From NCBI RefSeq assembly GCF_001194135.2, contig NC_068999.1:38970376-39012931 (forward strand): 42,556 nucleotides of DNA, in the 5' to 3' direction. The position numbers and the translations under genes were made by a program. Below, piece after piece: positions 34,240-42,556 of this stretch. Within the stretch, counting starts at the first letter, position 1, and each line of letters begins with the position of its first letter. The notes under the pieces were generated by a model. That model did not search any database and was not told the origin of the DNA. It worked only from the letters and a program-made list of their open reading frames with translations. Source of the DNA: Octopus bimaculoides (taxonomy: Eukaryota).

Positions 34240-34430
34240 CCAAAAGAACAACAAACACAAAAGCACAACAACGTGAGGACGTGGTACATGTTATGTATTA
34301 ACAGACGCTCAGAGAAAGAAAGAACAATAGTTTAACGTTTCGAGCAACGCTTTACTTCAGAAACAGAGGAAAGTCTAATAGAAAGGAAGACGGAGGAAGA
34401 AAATCGCCAACGATTCACATGTGGTTACAT
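34240..34430 (-). mobile_element. Probable Penelope-like/retrozyme-type repeat carrying a degenerate minimal hammerhead motif
   Basis: Minus strand 34364-34330 reads GTTT-CTGAAGT-AAAGCGTTGCTC-GAAAC-GTT-AAAC. This gives a 4-bp stem I, a CUGAnGA-like core with A9 changed to U, an AGC/GCT stem II and GAAACGUH. Flanked by (TA)n. Confidence 0.5.
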
Positions 34431-36362
34431 TTATATATATATATATATATATAATTGATATGTATATATATATGTGTATATATATGTGTGTGTGTGTGTA
34501 TAGATATGTATATATATGTGTGTGTGTATGTATATATATATATATATATATATATTCTTAGCAATGATTATATTTTATAATGATGCGTATTGTTATGTAT
34601 TTTATTTCTGTATACACCTGTTAAAGGTACGCCAATGATTGAATGGATATAGTGAACCGCTCACTCGCTGGCAATGGTTTGTTTTATTTTCTTAGTAAAA
34701 AGAAACAAAAAAACAGTCGTACTCCATTAATTTGCTAACAACGTAACTAAAACGTGGGTGTGCTCAGAAAATATAAAATAAACTGCCAAATCGAATGAAT
34801 GTTTACATATAATTAAATATTTAAATAACCACATTAATATCCAACTGTGTGGATTTTTTCAGAAATAATTAAATATATATATATATATATATATATAAAA
34901 ACAACCTTTGGCTTATTCTGACTCTTAGCTATAAATCGAATTAGTTAATTTAAATTTCAAATGAATTTTACCGTCTCAACTCTACTGTACTTGACGAATA
35001 TATAAGCAAACTTTAATGAATTTTTTTTACTCGTCGAATCAACCACTTCTTTCCACTCCAATTGCCGCTACCACCCTCCACTCTCATTTTCTCTCTTTCT
35101 TTTTATTATGTCTCTTGCTCCCAGCGTTTCCAAAATTAAAGTTCCCACTCCCTGTAGAATGTACGAAACCCTTCTTACTAATCAAAAGCTATCTCCTACC
35201 TTGCTGTTAAAGTCTTCCTTTCCAATCATTGCTTCTTTCGTCTGTCATTCCCTTTTTAAAACTATTTAAAACACTGAAATCTACCTATCCACTCATATCA
35301 CCGATAACATTCTTTCGAGCTGAAAACAGATTATATGACATAAAATATAGTTTATATTAACAAGAAATTCTAATCCCATTGAGTTGTTTTCAAAAATTGT
35401 AGATAAGCTAATCGTGTTATTATGTATAGCTATTTATACCTATTAACAATACATATTAGCATTGCTGCACAATCGATCTCAGGGGCAGACGCTTCACAGA
35501 TACAATGTCAATACTATTTAATCAGTTAATAGGATATACTAAAAGTAATACACTGGGGTGATTTAATATAATTGCTACCATTTAGCTATAGAGGTCGATA
35601 TACCTGTGTCTACGTGTTTGTGTTAGTGTATTAGTTGTCTGTCGTTATATTCAGTTATCCTTCCCTATAAAGTAAGCAACAGGCTGCACAGTTAGTGGAA
35701 GGGTCGCGGAGATTCACACTTTACTAGGACCTGTCTCATCATCTTCAACACAAAAAAATGTTTCCTAGCCAACACGTCTGTTCAGGGATTGATTTAGTTA
35801 TTCCAAGAGATTACCTGGTGTTTACGTAATTAATCAACCCCAAAACTGCCTCTCCTATTAAAATGTCACCCGGTGGACCGCTCTCCATCATCCCCATTGC
35901 ACTCCCTAAGTATGCATGTTTCTCATTTTTAATCTTTATGGTTAAATATTCATGGCCACATGGAGTTAATGCGGTAGCCTTTTTTTTTACGTGACTTGTA
36001 ACATGCAAATGTACAATCTCAACAGTAAAGGGGAGCCATTAACATCGTAATTCATTGACTAAAAAGTAAAGGTTGATAGCCATGGTTGGAATGCTTTCTT
36101 TCATGACTCTGTTGGATTAACGCTGACCAACACCACTGAGATAGAAATACTTCATAAGGAAAGCACATCAGATTATTGATATAATTTGTCAAAAATTATA
36201 TTAGTTTAGTTAGTGTAAGAAGACAAATTTTAAACAAGTCGAATAAAAAGAAATTGAAACTAGCAGAGGAAACTTGAAATTCGCATCTCGCTATCGCTAT
36301 CAGTATTTAAAATCTTGTGTATACGCAACTTTTTTTTCTTTCCCTCTCTCTGTCCCTCTCCC

Positions 36363-36396
<34 letters not shown>

Positions 36397-37883
36397 CTCT
36401 CTTTCTCTCTCACTACCTCTCTCTTGAGTCTAATATGAAAATGTAATAAATTATAACAGTTAGAGTAGCTGTTGAAAATGAATAATAAATTCCCTCCGAA
36501 ATAAATTGGAAATAATTTTTGGTTTTGTTTGTGGTTCAGTGTCTGTTGGGCCTCTTTATCTCTTTTCATATTTTCAATATAAAATTCCAAACCTTTGAGA
36601 TATTAAAACATTTTGCTTAAACGAGCAAGAATTAACCTAGTTAGACTAATTAAATATTTAAATAAACATAATTCTACCCGAGGAATAATTTATTGCTTTT
36701 TAATACTAACTAATGAAAATGTTGGTGCCTTCTTAAGACTCTGATATTATTTCTGCTGCTGATACTGATACTAATATGGTTAGAACTGTTGTTGATGTTG
36801 TTTATGGCGATAGCCAGTGTGATATTGAGAAAAAGTTATAAAAACTATGAAAGTATTCAAAGGTTGTTTTCATGAATTTATTAATTTAATATAAATTCAT
36901 AAACTGGAACAGTTCAAAAGAATTTATTGCAAATGTAGAATACAATGCAAAAGAAAGAGAACCAACTAGCATAAAGTGCTTTGTCGGGAGTGGCGATGGA
37001 ACTCTATGGGTGAACGACATACTAGAAGTAGCTGTCATATCGCCCTCAAATCGAAGCTAATAGTATTTTTGGAAAATAGATTAAGGACATTGGGTTTGCT
37101 AATATACTCCTAATTACTCCTAAGAGACAGTCAAGGTTGGAAATTCTTTGATCATAGTTCTGCGTTATTGTGTCCTGGGCTAAACAAGAACAATAAGTTT
37201 TTACTTAAATACATTGTTAAGTATAAAATAAAATTAAAAAAACAATGACCATTCTTCTAAGCAAAGCAATACTCGACAGAAGAAAGACATAGAGGATTTC
37301 TTATCTTCATTGAGAATGATATTGATGCTAATAGATTTTTAAACTCTTCCTCATTGGAGGGTTCGAGTAAGGTGAAGGTTTCTTCTATAATGTTCACAGT
37401 TGCGGCTCGTCAAACACGAGCAGAGAAAGAAATGCAGATAACTTATGTTCAAAGAAAGAAGAGTGGAGCACGTGATTAGTGAGTGTTGTGGTGGGTAGAA
37501 AATGGGTAGCGAAAGGAAGGGAAACGAGTGGGTCGGGTGGACCATGAGTCAATATAGATTGAAATCAAGAAGATGATGCTCCTCTTGGAGTGGAGTAAGA
37601 AAGTGTGAGGAGAGAGAGAGGGGGAGAGAGAGTTTCGGTCGGCGAGAGGTTGTAGCTTGTTGGCAAACAACTTCACTTCAACCATTCGAATAAACTACAC
37701 ATACAGTCATCATGTGACTCTGTATATGTAGTAAAAGCACAGTCTGACATCCAGGCAATATTCCATTGTGCAGTTCACTATGATTAATCAAAAAGACAGA
37801 CAACTGTAGTTTGTTATCTAAAATGGTTCTGCTATCTGTCTCTATAAAACTGAGTTGGCAATGCTGACATTATTAGACTACTT

Positions 37884-37926
<43 letters not shown>

Positions 37927-38014
37927 CATCATCATCAGACGACTGCTTGTTATAGTTTCATTAAAAACACTTATGAATTTGTTTTTGATATTAGAGCAGA
38001 AAAAACCCCCCATC

Positions 38015-38218
38015 TCGTGGGCAGAATCGTTACCGTGCTAGACAAATTGATTTGCAGCATTTTCTCTGGTTGCTTACGTTTTGAGTTAAAATTCCGCCAA
38101 GGTCGACTGTGCCTTTTTTCTTTTCAGGGTCGATTCTATAAATACTAGCTGAGTTCTGGGGTTGATTGAATCGGTTATCCCTTTCCCCTAAAATTTCAAG
38201 TTTGGTGCGTATAGAAGT
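38015..38218 (+). mobile_element. Family-B SINE, diverged
   Basis: GGCAGAATCGTTACCGTGCTAGAC...GAGTTAAAATTCCGCCAAGGTCGACTGTGCC...CAGGGTCGAT...CCCCTAAAATTTC. A second tail fragment lies at about 38297-38340. Confidence 0.8.
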
Positions 38219-38685
38219 GACATTAGAACAGAAAAAATGAATCTGTCTAGAATCTATTCCGTCATTGTATGGATGTTTGAAAATAGGAAAATATACTGGG
38301 ATCTATGTAATCGAATGGCCCTCTCCCACAAAATGTGTTAATAAGATCTTGGCAGCTCAGTTTCTATTCTCCCTTACTGTGCTTATGTCGCTGAGACAGA
38401 CATAACCAGCTTTCAGTTTCTTTCTTACGCTTAAAAATGTCTGGAATTCATAAATCTACCGGAAAATATAAACAAATAAATTGTAAACCCTATAAATAAG
38501 ATAGGGTTTACAGAGTGTATAGATTTCGATGAATATCTTATATTCAAATTTATTGTCATAATCAATATATTATTATATTCTGCTATAATTATATAATATA
38601 ATAATATATTGACTTATACAAATAAATTTGAACAGATGTATTCTCGTATTTCACTCAACAATGAGCTCTCTTAATCAACAATGTT

Positions 38686-38845
38686 GATGGTGGTAGTGTT
38701 TACCTCACTATAAGCAAAGCTTTTGGTCATTTCCGACAAATGAATCTCTTATCAGAATTTTCCGGTTTCATATTCAGCTCTATCTTTCCTCTCCTGTGTT
38801 TTTTCTCATTCCGGCACGATCGCACAATTGCACTCATTAAATCCT
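38686..38845 (+). mobile_element. Decayed CR1/Jockey-group RT fragment
   Basis: Frame from 38701 reads YLTISKAFGHFRQMNLLSEFSGF...FFSFRHDRTIAL. It resembles the RT motif YLD(F/I)SKAFD-V-H--LL-KL...SFL-DR-I-V. Confidence 0.45.
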
Positions 38846-41800
38846 GTCCTTGGCTTCATTTTTATTAGAAATGTGTATGCAATACTTGTTTTGAATTTGG
38901 GTAACTCTTCAAATATTTCAATATTGACATAGTTACTAAAGTCGCAATATTATTTTCCCTCTACTACAGATTGCATAAATTTGAATATATTAATTTTATC
39001 CTTTATGGGTCTCGATTATTTTCCGTATGCTTCCTGTATTATGCAGAACAAAAAAAAAATCGATTTTGTTTTTCCTTTTGTGCTTCTAAGTTGAATGTAA
39101 ATAACGAATGTCGCACAAATTACAGGCTATTCTTCAAGACTAATGCCTAACATGTTTAATATGGCAGGGAGAATTAATTATGTAAACTTTATGCTAGAAT
39201 GCATGAGAAATATTGTTGATGCGATGTTTTTTTTGTTTTGTTTTTTTTTTTGTAATTTATGCTTTCCCCCATGGATGATTTTCTCCGAATAAGCTACTAA
39301 ACTGTGAAGTATGTGACGGAAATATTTCGGCAGAGAAGCCCAGAATCTTTGACCGGACGAAGAAACCAACTAGAGAACCAGCAATGGAGTTTCTATTTAC
39401 TCACTTGGTCACTCAACAGGGTAAAAATAGCAACAACAAAAACATTTCTCGCAAACCCAACTTTCCGTCAAAAGGTCACAAACCGCTCTCTCTGATTGAC
39501 AAGTTGGGTAACTCTGTCTGAAACTGCCGTCGACCACACTCAATACTTGAATCTCGCCGATATAACTAACACCGTAAAAGTAAGAACTGGACACTGAAGT
39601 TATGAATATGTACAAAAATGCTGCTTGGATGGTCGCATGTGGAACACCTTACATTTGGAAAGAAACAACTAATAAATTAAATCTGATGGACACAGCTGTT
39701 CTTAACGAAAGTGAAAGATAAAAAAGAAAAGCCAGAGAATGTAGTCACTAATGTACAAATCTCACCCAAGCGATAGAATGGTCACAGTTAAAGTGCATTT
39801 CTCTATAGAGCTACACGATGACACCAGACTTGGGAATAAACAAATAAGAAACTAACAAAGAAACGGATCACCGTCGCCTTCGACGATGAGTATGTAATTG
39901 TTCGAACAACTGAACTACCAACTCATTGAAATGCATAAGTAGTCTACGGTCTGTTTAATGAAAATTTATCCAATGGGAATTCGCATAGTTTTTGTTTAGT
40001 CAATTTCACTGTCAAGGCTTAGACTGACCCAAAATTATGGTAAAGAATGCTATTGACAGTGACTTCGAAGGTGGATGATGGCTTAGCTGGCCGAAAGTTC
40101 AAATTCATTGTCAATACTATTCTTGTTAAATAAGAAATTTGTACTCTACAAACAAAGCTAAAATATCCATAAGTTTAATGTAGACATTGTTTTATTATAA
40201 CTTAAAGTTAAACCAAGCATTCGTCTATTTATCTACAGCGTTGTGTTGCAAAGCACATGCCTCCATACCTGACCTCGCACGGCATTTGTCAAAAGATTGA
40301 GATGTATCATGAGCACAATTCGATCGCAGCACCCGACTCTTCGTAGTCGTGAACTGGATCTGTCAACTAAGCCACAAAGCCATGGATACTCCATCAAAGT
40401 CATCTCTTTTTTTGAAACTATTAAATTTGCGATTTATATTTTGAATGTTTTCATGAAGGCAAACTTCTCTGAAGATTACTAAATATTTTCTGATATCTCC
40501 TTAATTAAAATTAATTTAGTTTTTAGGAATTCTTTGTCATAACTTTATCTGCCGACCATCTCTGGTTTAGTTCCTTTTATTCTAGTCTTTGTTTTTCTAC
40601 TTTATTACATTTTTGATTTGATATTCGATTTTCTATAGCAATTTCGATAATAACATCTCCAAATACGGCTTTGATAATCTCTCAGCAGTTTTTGTGCCGT
40701 AGCTTAAGTTCCTGTTTCAGCAAAGGAGAATATATTGGTGCAATTACTCAAAGTGGCATTAAAATATGTGTGAATGACATAATTTTGTGAATAATGTAAT
40801 ACTACAGCGAGAATTTGTGGAGAAATCATTCAATGTACACCAGAAGAATATATACATGTTCTCGGATGCACATTGTGCATTATTAACACACCACTTACTG
40901 GTCAAAATTAGTGCGCGTGAACTTAATCAGTATGTGTGTGTGTGTGTATTGTAAAATGTTTTAAATAAATCTATTTTGAAATTTGTCATTATTTAATTAC
41001 TTTTGCTAAGGAAGTCAAAATGCACGATTTACTAGCGTTCCACTGTATTTTGATTCCTACGTTTATATAACTGGAGTTGTGGTCATTCCAGAATTATCTT
41101 TTGCTTTTATTCATCAATCCATCCGAATTTAAGATACAAAACAAAAGGGAGTAAAATAAACGAATGGTGGTGGTGGTCCTTTATTCCCCACCCTCTCCAT
41201 CGTCTCTATAGTTCTTTTTCTCTTGCTGTGTGTGTGTGTAGTCCTCTTTCGTTCATTCTGTTTTGCTAATCTAGTATGTGCACTCAATCTTTATCTCTTG
41301 TCCGATGCTCAACCGACTCATTCAACCCGTCACCTTTGGAATCATTAAAAAATCCACAAGGACGATATGTTATGATTTGACATGCGGGTCTCATTGAAAA
41401 GCATAAAAACTGAATACTGAAAATAGAAATGAAGTTAACAACCTCAGGGGAATATATTATTCACAATACGAATTCTTCCCAAGCAAGCAGACAGAGGAAA
41501 TCAGGTCTTTATTTCACTCGACCAAACTCCAGCTAAAAGGAAATTCTTCGAAAAGTGGATTCGCCATTCGTTATTGCTAGGATGTAGTTGAATAAACTAT
41601 AAAATAAACAAATTAGAATAAAATAACTGATACGCAACACGTCTAAAAACAACATTTGGTTGCTTTAATTGACGAGACTGCTTCACCAATACGAATTACT
41701 ATTTTGTCTACTCAGAAGAAAACACAATATTTCCCTGTAGACAGAGTTATAAAGCTATTTCAATGTTTGTTTTAAACTGCAGCCATTTTCTGCAAACTCC

Positions 41801-41874
41801 ACTGACTTTTTTGTCGGTTGACATGCTTAAATTTTATTTACTGCCCTTTATTGGTATAATGAGACTTATAATAA

Positions 41875-41898
41875 CAGCAGCAGCAGCAGCAGCAGCAG
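41875..41898. repeat. (CAG)8 trinucleotide repeat
   Basis: Seen directly. It is the source of the poly-Ala in ORF 41763-41948. Confidence 0.95.
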
Positions 41899-42517
41899 CA
41901 ATGGTAGCATCAACAGCAGCAGCAACTGCGGCATATACAGCTATATAATTATTATAATATGTAGACGAGGAACATTAAAAGTCTCAATGAAAAACAAACA
42001 TTTCCTTTAACTACTGTCTCTGATGTAGCGTTTCAGTCTGTTACATGTTAGTCTGCCATTAGATCAAACATGCCGCTTTCGGCATCAAAATAACAACAAA
42101 AACAAAAACAACAACAACAAATAGAGTTTTTAGCTTCTAAAGCTAAAAGCAACGTGATTGCCGCAGTACATAAATTTATGTTTAAAAGCTGAGTAAATGG
42201 ATGATAGGATAAATACGATTGAACAATGCTGAAATAAAAGAGATGAAGGGGCGAGGATGTCTTTAAGTATTGGTGTTGTTTGGCAAAAATAACAGCAAAA
42301 CGTCTCCTCAAATAGCACATTACCGTTTTTATAAAGGATGACCATTTTGGATAATCGTAGGAAGATCACAAGTAGGATGCCTTGCATCGTGGGCCACTGA
42401 TTGATCAGAACTGGAATGGGATCTTAACAACTGCAAAAATAACAGCACATCTATTTTCTGTGAGTTCATCGTTTGAGAACACGCTACCATCTTTAGGTAT
42501 AACATACACACAAACAC

Positions 42518-42556
<39 letters not shown>

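Noticed and set aside
34811-36665. Identical 18-mer AATTAAATATTTAAATAA at about 34811 and 36648
   Set aside because: A pure A/T low-complexity match is expected by chance at this composition.
37402-37480. Possible plus-strand exon AARQTRAEKEMQITYVQRKKSGARD with a GTGAGT donor
   Set aside because: Splice-like ends exist, but the peptide is unrecognised and has no supporting neighbours.
39300-39720. Possible RTE ORF2 C-terminal relic (ELDTEVMNMYK...W...TTN)
   Set aside because: Similarity is too diffuse across frames to support.
42063-42150. Small hairpins ATGCCG-CTTT-CGGCAT and TTTTAGCTT-CTA-AAGCTAAAA
   Set aside because: Stems of 6-9 bp occur by chance in 42 kb, and there is no associated feature.

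Overview
This is a gene-poor, AT-rich metazoan window dominated by microsatellites ((TA)n, (CA)n, (GA)n, (GATA)n, (AAT)n, (GAT)n), with eight N gaps totalling 3,746 nt. The repeat landscape and the tRNA-derived SINE sequences look like an octopus (coleoid cephalopod) short-read assembly; this is inference, not proof. I could not support any intact protein-coding gene, tRNA, rRNA or CRISPR array. Almost all ORFs in the track are translated microsatellites or gaps. Supported features: (1) many copies of two groups of tRNA-derived SINEs; (2) a young 572-bp non-autonomous DNA transposon (7972-8543) with perfect 37-bp TIRs, an 8-bp TSD, a perfect 72-bp inner inverted repeat and a central divergent (TAACCC)5-TA-(GGGTTA)5 telomeric palindrome, inserted into a SINE; (3) a decayed Chapaev3-like transposon (about 23464-24507, minus strand) with a 58-bp-stem hairpin; (4) a 5'-truncated CR1/L2-group LINE (33669-34220) whose 3' tail matches the tail of a local SINE family; (5) smaller RT relics; (6) degenerate Penelope-type minimal hammerhead motifs; and (7) a probable decayed Thr-rich plus F5/8-type-C (discoidin) coding relic at about 15730-16560. 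I found no new multi-gene system. The telomere-cored palindromic MITE is the most unusual structure.
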